Shown here: positions 45,001 to 56,340 of the stretch, piece by piece | How positions within the stretch are numbered: the first letter of the stretch is position 1 | How the letters are laid out: each line of letters starts with the position of its first letter | NCBI GenBank assembly: GCA_046563655.1 | Contig: CM102287.1 | Span: forward strand, 496,001-560,000 | Direction of reading: 5' to 3' | Source: Yuukianura sp. NJ FZ-2021 | Taxonomy: Eukaryota | Length of the DNA: 64,000 bases | Made by a program: the position numbers and the translations under genes | Notes under the pieces: generated by a model | What the model was told of the DNA's origin: nothing | The model's input: the letters and a program-made list of their open reading frames with translations, nothing else | Database searches by the model: none

Positions 45001-48000
45001 AGCATTATTTGTTATTTTGATTAAAATTTTTAGGAAATACTTTTTTATGTCATACTACCACCTTGCACTTCCAATAAAGCACACCTGAATAACTGGTGTT
45101 CAACAATAATCTGGAATTATATTTTAGCCCAACTCCACTATGCAACAAGTGCATAAATCTAACTGTCATTTTGGTATAAACTAATGTGGGAACTATACAA
45201 CGAAGTTTTAAACATACTGAAAAATGGAATTTATGCCTTGTTATCGCTTATAACCATCTTCATGGAACGCATCTAATACCGGTCCACTTTGTCGTAGTGC
45301 ATCAACGACTATTACACACGGTGAACCACTTGTTGTCAGCCTTCATTTTTGAGCACAAAGGAGAAGTGCCGGTGAAATGACAAGCTCGCCCTCACTACAG
45401 ATACCAACCAGTACTCATTTTGACACTACGAATCACAATGACTCCGACGGCAATGGAACTTCAGGGGATCCCATTATTACATTTTCTAAATCAAAATCGA
45501 ACATTCAGCATTATTTGTTATTTTGATTAAAATTTTTAGGAAATACTTTTTTATGTCATACTACCACCTTGCACTTCCAATAAAGCACACCTGAATAACT
45601 GGTGTTCAACAATAATCTGGAATTATATTTTAGCCCAACTCCACTATGCAACAAGTGCATAAATCTAACTGTCATTTTGGTATAAACTAATGTGGGAACT
45701 ATACAACGAAGTTTTAAACATACTGAAAAGTGGAATTTATGCCTTGTTATCGCTTATAACCATCTTCAAGGAACGCATCTAATACCGGTCCACTTTGTCG
45801 TAGTGCATCAACGACTATTACACACGGTGAACCACTTGTTGTCAGCCTTCATTTTTGAGCACAAAGGAGAAGTGCCGGTGAAATGACAAGCTCGCCCTCA
45901 CTACAGATACCAACCAGTACTCATTTTGACACTACGAATCACAATGACTCCGACGGCAATGGAACTTCAGGGGATCCCATTATTACATTTTCTAAATCAA
46001 AATCGAACATTCAGCATTATTTGTTATTTTGATTAAAATTTTTAGGAAATACTTTTTTATGTCATACTACCACCTTGCACTTCCAATAAAGCACACCTGA
46101 ATAACTGGTGTTCAACAATAATCTGGAATTATATTTTAGCCCAACTCCACTATGCAACAAGTGCATAAATCTAACTGTCATTTTGGTATAAACTAATGTG
46201 GGAACTATACAACGAAGTTTTAAACATACTGAAAAGTGGAATTTATGCCTTGTTATCGCTTATAACCATCTGCAAGGAACGCATCTAATACCGGTCCACT
46301 TTGTCGTAGTGCATCAACGACTATTACACACGGTGAACCACTTGTTGTCAGCCTTCATTTTTGAGCACAAAGGAGAAGTGCCGGTGAAATGACAAGCTCG
46401 CCCTCACTACAGATACCAACCAGTACTCATTTTGACACTACGAATCACAATGACTCCGACGGCAATGGAACTTCAGGGGATCCCATTATTACATTTTCTA
46501 AATCAAAATCGAACATTCAGCATTATTTGTTATTTTGATTAAAATTTTTAGGAAATACTTTTTTTATGTCATACTACCACCTTGCACTTCCAATAAAGCA
46601 CACCTGAATAACTGGTGTTCAACAATAATCTGGAATTATATTTTAGCCCAACTCCACTATGCAACAAGTGCATAAATCTAACTGTCATTTTGGTATAAAC
46701 TAATGTGGGAACTATACAACGAAGTTTTAAACATACTGAAAAGTGGAATTTATGCCTTGTTATCGCTTATAACCATCTGCAAGGAACGCATCTAATACCG
46801 GTCCACTTTGTCGTAGTGCATCAACGACTATTACACACGGTGAACCACTTGTTGTCAGCCTTCATTTTTGAGCTCAAAGGAGAAGTGCCGGTAAAATGAC
46901 AAGCTCGCCCTCACTACAGATACCAACCAGTACTCATTTTGACACTATGAATCACAATGACTCCGACGGCAATGGAACTTCAGGGGATCCCATTATTACA
47001 TTTTCTAAATCAAAATCGAACATTCAGCATTATTTGTTATTTTTATTAAAATTTTTAGGAAATACTTTTTTATGTCATACTACCACCTTGCACTTCCAAT
47101 AAAGCACACCTGAATAACTGGTGTTCAACAATAATCTGGAATTATATTTTAGCCCAACTCCACTATGCAACAAGTGCATAAATCTAACTGTCATTTTGGT
47201 ATAAACTAATGTGGGAACTATACAACGAAGTTTTAAACATACTGAAAAGTGGAATTTATGCCTTGTTATCGCTTATAACCATCTGCAAGGAACGCATCTA
47301 ATACCGGTCCACTTTGTCGTAGTGCATCAACGACTATTACACACGGTGAACCACTTGTTGTCAGCCTTCATTTTTGAGCACAAAGGAGAAGTGCCGGTGA
47401 AATGACAAGCTCGCCCTCACTACAGATACCAACCAGTACTCATTTTGACACGATGAATCACAATGACTCCGACGGCAATGGAACTTCAGGGGATCCCATT
47501 ATTACATTTTCTAAATCAAAATCGAACATTCAGCATTATTTGTTATTTTGATTAAAATTGTTGGAAAGACTTTTTGTCATACTACCACCTTGCACTTCCA
47601 ATAAAGCACACCTGAATAACTGGTGTTCAATATTAATCTGGAATTATATTTTAGCCCAACTTCACTATGCAACAAGTGCATAAATCTAACTGTCATTTTG
47701 GTATAAACTAATGTGGGAACTATACAACAAAGTTTTAAACATACTGAAAAATGGAATTTATGCCTTGTTGTCGCTTATAACCATCTTCACGGAACGCATC
47801 TAATACCGGTACACTTTGTCGTAGTGCATCAACGACTATTACACACGGTGAACCACTTGTTGTCAGCCTTCATCTTTGAGCACAAAGGAGAAGTGCCGGT
47901 GAAATGACAAGCTCGCCATCACTACAGATACCTGCCAGTACTCATTTTGACACTACGAATCACAATGACTCCGACGGCAATGGAACTTCAGGGGATCCCA

Positions 48001-51000
48001 TTATTACATTTTCTAAATCAAAATCGAACATTCAGCATTATTTGTTATTTTTATTAAAATTTTTAGGAAATACTTTTTTATGTCATACTACCACCTTGCA
48101 CTTCCAATAAAGCACACCTGAATAACTGGTGTTCAACAATAATCTGGAATTATATTTTAGCCCAACTCCACTATGCAACAAGTGCATAAATCTAACTGTC
48201 ATTTTGGTATAAACTAATGTGGGAACTATACAACGAAGTTTTAAACATACTGAAAAGTGGAATTTATGCCTTGTTATCGCTTATAACCATCTGCAAGGAA
48301 CGCATCTAATACCGGTCCACTTTGTCGTAGTGCATCAACGACTATTACACACGGTGAACCACTTGTTGTCAGCCTTCATTTTTGAGCACAAAGGAGAAGT
48401 GCCGGTGAAATGACAAGCTCGCCCTCACTACAGATACCAACCAGTACTCATTTTGACACGATGAATCACAATGACTCCGACGGCAATGGAACTTCAGGGG
48501 ATCCCATTATTACATTTTCTAAATCAAAATCGAACATTCAGCATTATTTGTTATTTTTATTAAAATTTTTAGGAAATACTTTTTTATGTCATACTACCAC
48601 CTTGCACTTCCAATAAAGCACACCTGAATAACTGGTGTTCAACAATAATCTGGAATTATATTTTAGCCCAACTCCACTATGCAACAAGTGCATAAATCTA
48701 ACTGTCATTTTGGTATAAACTAATGTGGGAACTATACAACGAAGTTTTAAACATACTGAAAAGTGGAATTTATGCCTTGTTATCGCTTATAACCATCTTC
48801 AAATAACGCATCTAATACCGGTCCACTTTGTCGTAGTGCATCAACGACTATTACACACGGTGAACCACTTGTTGTCAGCCTTAATTTTTGAGCACAAAGG
48901 AGAAGTGCCGGTGAAATGACAAGCTCGCCCTCACTACAGTTACCAACCAGTACTCATTTTGACACTACGAATCACAATGACTCCGACGGCAATGGAACTT
49001 CAGGGGATCCCATTATTACATTTTCTAAATCAAAATCGAACATTCAGCATTATTTGTTATTTTGATTAAAATTTTTAGGAAATACTTTTTTATGTCATAC
49101 TACCACCTTGCACTTCCAATAAAGCACACCTGAATAACTGGTGTTCAACAATAATCTGGAATTATATTTTAGCCCAACTCCACTATGCAACAAGTGCATA
49201 AATCTAACTGTCATTTTGGTATAAACTAATGTGGGAACTATACAACGAAGTTTTAAACATACTGAAAAGTGGAATTTATGCCTTGTTATCGCTTATAACC
49301 ATCTTCAAATAACGCATCTAATACCGGTCCACTTTGTCGTAGTGCATCAACGACTATTACACACGGTGAACCACTTGTTGTCAGCCTTAATTTTTGAGCA
49401 CAAAGGAGAAGTGCCGGTGAAATGACAAGCTCGCCCTCACTACAGTTACCAACCAGTACTCATTTTGACACTACGAATCACAATGACTCCGACGGCAATG
49501 GAACTTCAGGGGATCCCATTATTACATTTTCTAAATCAAAATCGAACATTCAGCATTATTTGTTATTTTGATTAAAATTGTTGGAAAGACTTTTTTGTCA
49601 TACTACCACCTTGCACTTCCAATAAAGCACACCTGAATAACTGGTGTTCAATATTAATCTGGAATTATATTTTAGCCCAACTTCACTATGCAACAAGTGC
49701 ATAAATCTAACTGTCATTTTGGTATAAACTAATGTGGGAACTATACAACAAAGTTTTAAACATACTGAAAAGTGGAATTTATGCCTTGTTATCGCTTATA
49801 GCCATCTGCAAGGAACGCATCTAATACCGGTCCACTTTGTCGTAGTGCATCAACGACTATTACACACGGTGAACCACTTGTTGTCAGCCTTAATTTTTGA
49901 GCACAAAGGAGAAGTGCCGGTGAAATGACAAGCTCGCCCTCACTACAGTTACCAACCAGTACTCATTTTGACACTACGAATCACAATGACTCCGACGGCA
50001 ATGGAACTTCAGGGGATCCCTTTATTACATTTTCTAAATCAAAATCGAACATTCAGCATTATTTGTTATTTTGATTAAAATTTTTAGGAAATATTTTTTA
50101 TGTCATATTACCACCTTGCACTTCTAATAAAGCACACCTGAATAACTGGTGTTCAACAATAATCTGGAATTATATTTTAGCCCAACTCCACTATGCAACA
50201 AGTGCATAAATCTAACTGTCATTTTGGTATAAACTAATGTGGGAACTATACAACGAAGTTTTAAACATACTGAAAAGTGGAATTTATGCCTTGTTATCGC
50301 TTATAACCATCTGCAAGGAACGAATCTAATACCGGTCCACTTTATCGTAGTGCATCAACGACTATTACACACGGTGAACCACTTGTTGTCAGCCTTAATT
50401 TTTGAGCACAAAGGAGAAGTGCCGGTGAAATGACAAGCTCGCCCTCACTACAGATACCAACCAGTACTCATTTTGACACTACGAATCACAATGACTCCGA
50501 CGGCAATGGAACTTCAGGGGATCCCATTATTACATTTTCTAAATCAAAATCGAACATTCAGCATTATTTGTTATTTTGATTAAAATTTTTAGGAAATACT
50601 TTTTTATGTCATACTACCACCTTGCACTTCCAATAAAGCACACCTGAATAACTGGTGTTCAACAATAATCTGGAATTATATTTTAGCCCAACTCAACTAT
50701 GCAACAAGTGCATAAATCTAACTGTCATTTTGGTATAAACTAATGTTGGAACTATACAACGAAGTTTTAAACATACTGAAAAGTGGAATTTATGCCTTGT
50801 TATCGCTTATAACCATCTTCAAATAACGCATCTAATACCGGTCCACTTTGTCGTAGTGCATCAACGACTATTACACATGGTGAACCACTTGTTGTCAGCC
50901 TTAATTTTTGAGCACAAAGGAGAAGTGCCGGTGAAATGACAAGCTCGCCCTCACTACAGTTACCAACCAGTACTCATTTTGACACTACGAATCACAATGA

Positions 51001-52565
51001 CTCCGACGGCAATGGAACTTCAGGGGATCCCATTATTACATTTTCTAAATCAAAATCGAACATTCAGCATTATTTGTTATTTTGATTAAAATTGTTGGAA
51101 AGACTTTTTTGTCATACTACCACCTTGCACTTCCAATAAAGCACACCTGAATAACTGGTGTTCAATATTAATCTGGAATTATATTTTAGCCCAACTTCAC
51201 TATGCAACAAGTGCATAAATCTAACTGTCATTTTGGTATCAACTAATGTGGGAACTATACAACAAAGTTTTAAACATACTGAAAAATGGAATTTATGCCT
51301 TGTTGTCGCTTATAACCATCTTCATGGAACGCATCTAATACCGGTACACTTTGTCGTAGTGCATCAACGACTATTACACACGGTGAACCACTTGTTGTCA
51401 GCCTTCATCTTTGAGCACAAAGGAGAAGTGCCGGTGAAATGACAAGCTCGCCATCACTACAGATACCTGCCAGTACTCATTTTGACACTACGAATCACAA
51501 TGACTCCGACTACAATGGAACTTCAGGGGATCCCATTATTACATTTTCTAAATCAAAATCGAACATTCAGCATTATTTGTTATTTTTATTAAAATTTTTA
51601 GGAAATACTTTTTTATGTCATACTACCACCTTGCACTTCCAATAAAGCACACCTGAATAACTGGTGTTCAACAATAATCTGGAATTATATTTTAGCCCAA
51701 CTCCACTATGCAACAAGTGCATAAATCTAACTGTCATTTTGGTATAAACTAATGTGGGAACTATACAACGAAGTTTTAAACATACTGAAAAGTGGACTTT
51801 ATGCCTTGTTATCGCTTATAACCATCCTCAAGTAACGCATCTAATACCGGTCCACTTTGTCGTAGTGCATCAACGACTATTACACACGGTGAACCACTTG
51901 TTGTCAGCCTTCATCTTTGAGCACAAAGGAGAAGTGCCGGTGAAATGACAAGCTCGCCCTCACTACAGATACCTGCCAGTACTCATTTTGACACTACGAA
52001 TCACAATGACTCCGACGGCAATGGAACTTCAGGGGATCCCATTATTACATTTTCTAAATCAAAATCGAACATTCAGCATTATTTGTTATTTTGATTAAAA
52101 TTTTTAGGAAATACTTTTTTATGTCATACTACCACCTTGCACTTCCAATAAAGCACACCTGAATAACTGGTGTTCAACAATAATCTGGAATTATATTTTA
52201 GCCCAACTCCACTATGCAACAAGTGCATAAATCTAACTGTCATTTTGGTATAAACTAATGTGGGAACTATACAACGAAGTTTTAAACATACTGAAAAGTG
52301 GAATTTATGCCTTGTTATCGCTTATAACCATCTTCAAATAACGCATCTAATACCGGTCCACTTTGTCGTAGTGCATCAACGACTATTACACACGGTGAAC
52401 CACTTGTTGTCAGCCTTCATTTTTGAGCACAAAGGAGAAGTGCCGGTGAAATGACAAGCTCGCCCTCACTACAGATACCAACCAGTACTCATTTTGACAC
52501 GATGAATCACAATGACTCCGACGGCAATGGAACTTCAGGGGTTCCCATTATTACATTTTCTACAT
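1..52565. repeat. Tandem satellite array, 506-bp unit, about 104 copies in window (open at left edge)
   Basis: The same sequence recurs every 506 bp (ORF-track starts 154, 660, 1166 ... 52260). Copies differ by a few recurrent SNPs and rare 1-4 bp indels. The last unit is cut after ...ttacattttctacat at 52565. Confidence 0.99.
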
Positions 52566-52936
52566 TGAAACCTCTCCCATCTCTCACTCTAACTATCATC
52601 GTATCATCATCTAATCTACATTCTCCTACGCTATCAATGGCGATAGAGAAATAATCAATCAATCTAACGATAATCCATAATCATAAATATCCAATAAAAA
52701 AAAGAGAAAGAACGGAATACCTATTCCTCATGAAGTTGCTCCCTAACTGATCTATGTTAGAACGATGACCTACTAGTCTAGCACTAGTCCTGGGGTTTCC
52801 TAAGTTCTTGGATTGGTTGGTGGAAGTCGGTAGGAATGAAAGTGAAAGTAGCTACACTTCAATGCTCTTTAAACATTTGTGGGCATAACCCAGCAGGAGG
52901 ACCTGAGTACTTTTACTAGTAAAGTGCTGTGGCTTT

Positions 52937-52945
52937 ACATACCTG
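52937..52945 (-). promoter_or_regulatory. Putative major splice donor in LTR (CAG|GTATGT)
   Basis: Near-consensus donor on the element strand about 270 nt downstream of the putative initiator, with no ATG in between. Confidence 0.55.
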
Positions 52946-53135
52946 AGGTTTTGGCCTGGCCTTGGCGCTACCCCTTACTGATGTTTGTATTGACCTCTCG
53001 ACCTCTCCTTGGGTTGGCTGGAGACTTTGGTTGGTGGTGGCACTCCCCGGGTTGACCCACGGTGGCTGGAGCGTCTCGTTGGAAGTTAGAAGTTGAAAGA
53101 AGTGAAGAAAAGAAATAGAAGTGAAAGTAGTTGCT

Positions 53136-53141
53136 TTTAAT
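53136..53141 (-). terminator. Putative polyadenylation signal ATTAAA in LTR
   Basis: Minus-strand ATTAAA followed ~15 nt later by a long T/C-rich tract (cttctatttcttttcttcacttctttc), downstream of the putative start site as expected for an R region. Confidence 0.5.
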
Positions 53142-53208
53142 TTAGACTTAAGGGCCAGGCTGGCCGAGTGCCTACTAGAAGTTAAGAGTTAAGTAAAAGC
53201 TACCGGAC

Positions 53209-53247
53209 AACTGACCAAGAGGTCGGACTACCGATCCTCTATTTATC
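53209..53247 (-). promoter_or_regulatory. Putative LTR core promoter: TATA-like GATAAATA plus initiator TCAGTT
   Basis: Minus-strand GATAAATA at 53247-53240 and TCAGTT at 53214-53209, about 33 nt apart. TCAGTY is the arthropod-type Inr consensus. Confidence 0.55.
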
Positions 53248-53677
53248 CCTAAAGATTAGACGATCTGAACATGCAAGAACATGATCTTCGAACTCATTAA
53301 CTAATAAACATGTCAAATTAATCTACACTTTGTAACTACAAAGTTTCAAAATCATCAAGTTTTCTAGTCTTTTTCTTATCTATGTTCTTACCAAAAAGAC
53401 ATAAACTTTGTCTTAGAATTTGAATTAGTAATGCTAACTAAGTGAAACTTAAGTCACGTCAGATTACTCATGACTTGACTTTTACTGTTGATTGCGAAAA
53501 GTCATAAACTTTTCGCAGTTGATAAGGGTGATCAGTCAGCACCCTGGGGTCGTCTCCCTCCTGATTAGGGAACACGCGAAAAAGGAATGAACTAATTCAT
53601 TCCCTTCTCCTGTGCTCCAGTGAGAAATCTGCCAATCAATACTTTAAAATTGATTGACAGCTTTCTCCACTGTTACA

Positions 53678-53691
53678 TCTTCCCCAACTTA
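53678..53691 (-). promoter_or_regulatory. Polypurine tract (plus-strand primer site)
   Basis: Minus-strand TAAGTTGGGGAAGA directly adjoining the TGTAACA start of the LTR. Confidence 0.85.
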
Positions 53692-53996
53692 GTCATGAGC
53701 CGTCCTCGGCGAATCCAAGTGTAACGAACTTAACTATCCTAACCTAACAAAACTTTTGTGACAAAGTCACGATTTCCGCGTGCCGTGATAACCTAGTAGC
53801 TAAGACATGATAAGCAGAGGTCACAAAGTGCGTTATCCTGAAGTGCCTAACTCATCCTATCAGTCTAGGACATTCTACAAATAAATTTACTACGTCTGCT
53901 GTCTCAAGCCCTCTCTACTAGGGCATATCTCTGTCATTAACCGTTACATGTACCGCAACAAGATGTACTACATTAAATTACTGAAGTCGTCAACAT

Positions 53997-55565
53997 TCAA
54001 TCCCAAGGATTCCGCTCTGGAGAGGGGATGGGGTGTCGGTTGTGCCAAGGGGTACTGGAAGGCGGAGGGGGTGTGTCACCTGGAGGGTGTAGATCTTCCC
54101 TTGTACCTCGTCTGTTTGCGCTCGGCGCTGCTTCCGGTCGACTCGATCGGGAACTCTTCCAAAGAAGGATTCCGGTCATCTGTTTCTGCATCGTGGCCAT
54201 CTGCTGCTCCAAAATTCGGACTCGCTCACGTAGCAGGGAACGTTCATCTCGATCGTGTTCTCTGGCCTCTCGGTGTCTCTGGTTCCGCTCTCGCCTGGCC
54301 TCACGCTTCTCATGGCGTTCCTGAGTCTTTGGTGCTTTGACCTGGACAACCTCCGGAATGAATTCTTGTATACGACGCTTCCCAACGGCAAGACAACTTT
54401 TTGACGAATGAAGAGGGTTTGGGACCATTGACGTAACTGGCACCTCTTTAGCTTTGGATGACGGTGGGCGAATAATGGCGTCGTTGAAGTCAAACTTGAT
54501 CTCGTACTCATGATACAAGGATGGCATGATACGTTCATATGCATCCGGCGGGATGCCTTCGGGTTTCGGGAGGCGACGAAATCTGCGCAGTACTCCTCGG
54601 ACAAACTCATCATTACTGCATCGCTTCCATACTTCAATATCGGCTTCAAACAAACTGATAGGGCAATCAAGATTTCGAGCTATGGTCACTACCGTTGTAT
54701 GAAGACATTGCAATCTGGTGGAGCATCCAAGATAAGTTGATTCAAATGCAGGGCGTGGGACGGAGAGAGCCACGTCTTTTTCTGTCTCATGTAGCCACCG
54801 GTCAATGATTCGCGTTGTCTGGTTCATGAAGTCTCGTCGTAGGGAGTCAGTAATGCCTAGCCAAACGTTCAGTAATTGCTCTGCAAAATCGGTCATCAGC
54901 TGGAAGTGTTCTATTACATGAGAGCTGAACTGAGTGTCACAAACGGTTTGGTAGTCTACCACTGCTACGTTTTCATCAATGTACTGCTGGCACAAGGCTG
55001 CATAACTGAAGGATGTAGTTGAGTCAGAGATTCCCACGAGTGGAAGTTTAGCGATATCCACTATACCCGCTGCTGTTATGCCAAAATCTCTAAGTAATGC
55101 CTTAAACTGACGTTCCCCTTGATACGTAATCTTCGCAATTTCTGAGGATTCCATCAAAATTCTTAAAGGCTCCTGCAGCTGCTTGGCGGTCTCTTTGGCG
55201 TCAATGACAAAACCTCGCTCTGGAGTCATGATTGCGATATGGGTGGTTTCCCCAAGATATGTCTGTTCGTTCTGGAACGCATAGATCACCATCGGTTTCC
55301 GATCATAGATCTTCCTGATGTTAGCCAGGAGTGTGGTTTCCTCCCTGATTATCTCGGGCAAGATCTGTGGTCTGTCTGATCTCAACGGCAAGTGTAACAG
55401 CTTATTACGCAAAGTAGAGCTGGCCCTCATCTCCATCATCTCTTTCTTTAGCTTGGGTTGAATGACCTCAATGTCGATATTTTTCTTATGTCTAATTTTA
55501 TAATATTCTGTAGGTGTTGTAAATAGCCTAATCTTATGCTGCTTTACATTCAGTATCTTTTGCAT
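53997..55565 (-). CDS. Accessory ORF F, 522 aa: Rrp6/RNase D-like (DEDDy-fold) exonuclease-like domain lacking catalytic residues, degenerate HRDC-like segment, basic region plus coiled coil, Pro-rich tail
   Basis: Motifs TYLGETTHIAIMTPERGFVID, LMESSEIAKITYQGERQFKALLRDFGI, IVDIAKL, SYAALCQQY and TIARNLD are colinear with Rrp6/RNase D motifs as recalled from memory. The ATG is preceded by tatttcaattccag. Confidence 0.75.
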   Translation of the reverse strand: MQKILNVKQHKIRLFTTPTEYYKIRHKKNIDIEVIQPKLKKEMMEMRASSTLRNKLLHLPLRSDRPQILPEIIREETTLLANIRKIYDRKPMVIYAFQNEQTYLGETTHIAIMTPERGFVIDAKETAKQLQEPLRILMESSEIAKITYQGERQFKALLRDFGITAAGIVDIAKLPLVGISDSTTSFSYAALCQQYIDENVAVVDYQTVCDTQFSSHVIEHFQLMTDFAEQLLNVWLGITDSLRRDFMNQTTRIIDRWLHETEKDVALSVPRPAFESTYLGCSTRLQCLHTTVVTIARNLDCPISLFEADIEVWKRCSNDEFVRGVLRRFRRLPKPEGIPPDAYERIMPSLYHEYEIKFDFNDAIIRPPSSKAKEVPVTSMVPNPLHSSKSCLAVGKRRIQEFIPEVVQVKAPKTQERHEKREARRERNQRHREAREHDRDERSLLRERVRILEQQMATMQKQMTGILLWKSSRSSRPEAAPSANRRGTREDLHPPGDTPPPPSSTPWHNRHPIPSPERNPWD

Positions 55566-55581
55566 TCTGGAATTGAAATAT

Positions 55582-56199
55582 TTACTTAGATTTAGTATTT
55601 ACACTTGCATTTGCACTTACAGCACTACTAGGTCCTGCTGCTGGTGACTCTTCTAACAATTTCAGCTTTCGGAGCACGTTAAACTTTAACGTTATGGCAT
55701 TAAATAATTCTGCGTGCACGAATAAATTTGTGCAAGTGTGAGTACGCTCCATGATATGCCACAACCCTACGATACTGTCGTATGGCTTCTTTGTGGTAAG
55801 ATCAATACAAACGTGTCCTGGATACATATAGAAATATTGAGGAGGATAAAAGCAAAATTGTTCTACTACCTCCATAATATCTTCTAAGCGCAGTGTTAAG
55901 AAGAAATCTACTGAGACTGCTACTTGTGACCGAAATTCGGTTTTCTGCCGTGCTATTTCTTCGAGCACTTCTATCAAGCTCCCTTTTGCTCGTGCACTCA
56001 CGACGTCTTCAATCGTCATGAAGCAAACGTGTCTTATTACACGTCCCATGGTTGGAATAATTTTAACATTTTTCAAAATTGTTCCAAAAGAATACAGGAG
56101 CCCGTCTCCTGACCCGTCTCCCTGAATCTGTCCTCTATTTCTGATGGACACTAAGCTTCGCACTCCGCGAATGCTTGGTACAATTTCCTGTACTTCCAC
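55582..56199 (-). CDS. Accessory ORF E, unknown function (start uncertain: frame open from 56250, first in-frame ATG at 56049)
   Basis: Frame of more than 200 codons on the element strand, tightly packed between ORFs D and F; no family recognised. Confidence 0.6.
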   Translation of the reverse strand: MEVQEIVPSIRGVRSLVSIRNRGQIQGDGSGDGLLYSFGTILKNVKIIPTMGRVIRHVCFMTIEDVVSARAKGSLIEVLEEIARQKTEFRSQVAVSVDFFLTLRLEDIMEVVEQFCFYPPQYFYMYPGHVCIDLTTKKPYDSIVGLWHIMERTHTCTNLFVHAELFNAITLKFNVLRKLKLLEESPAAGPSSAVSANASVNTKSK

Positions 56200-56340
56200 A
56201 ACTTCTGGTTGTGCAAATTTTTCACATATAAGTTGTGCGAATCTATCTAATTAATGGAAAAGCATATTGTGACATCCGTCTATATTCTAAAAATGACGTG
56301 TCGTTCATCTTGGTGAGTCTTCTTGATGACTCGGAATCTG

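Larger units (their letters stand above)
52566..53677 (-). repeat. 3' long terminal repeat (1112 bp)
   Basis: On the minus strand it begins TGTAAC immediately after a purine-rich tract and ends GTTTCA exactly at the satellite junction (terminal inverted repeat TGTAAC/TGAAAC). The partner LTR is outside the window, so the direct repeat cannot be confirmed here. Confidence 0.85.

Noticed and set aside
1..52565. CRISPR array, 5S rDNA, tRNA, snRNA or spliced-leader gene array
   Set aside because: There are no unique spacers and I could not recognise 5S, tRNA, U-snRNA or known SL motifs by eye. An Rfam/Infernal scan of the monomer would be needed to exclude these fully.
154..52654. About 100 copies of 64-81 aa + strand ORFs (MGTIQRSF...) as a tandem gene family
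   Set aside because: They start at GTG rather than ATG, have no recognisable domain, show mostly amino-acid-changing variants and a polymorphic stop (TGA/TTA), and two units lose the frame. They are best explained as by-products of the repeat.
53948..54740. Overlapping ORFs 53948-54340(+), 54028-54324(+), 54176-54670(-) and 54510-54740(+)
   Set aside because: They are shadow or alternative frames over the GC-richer C-terminal part of ORF F, with no independent motifs.
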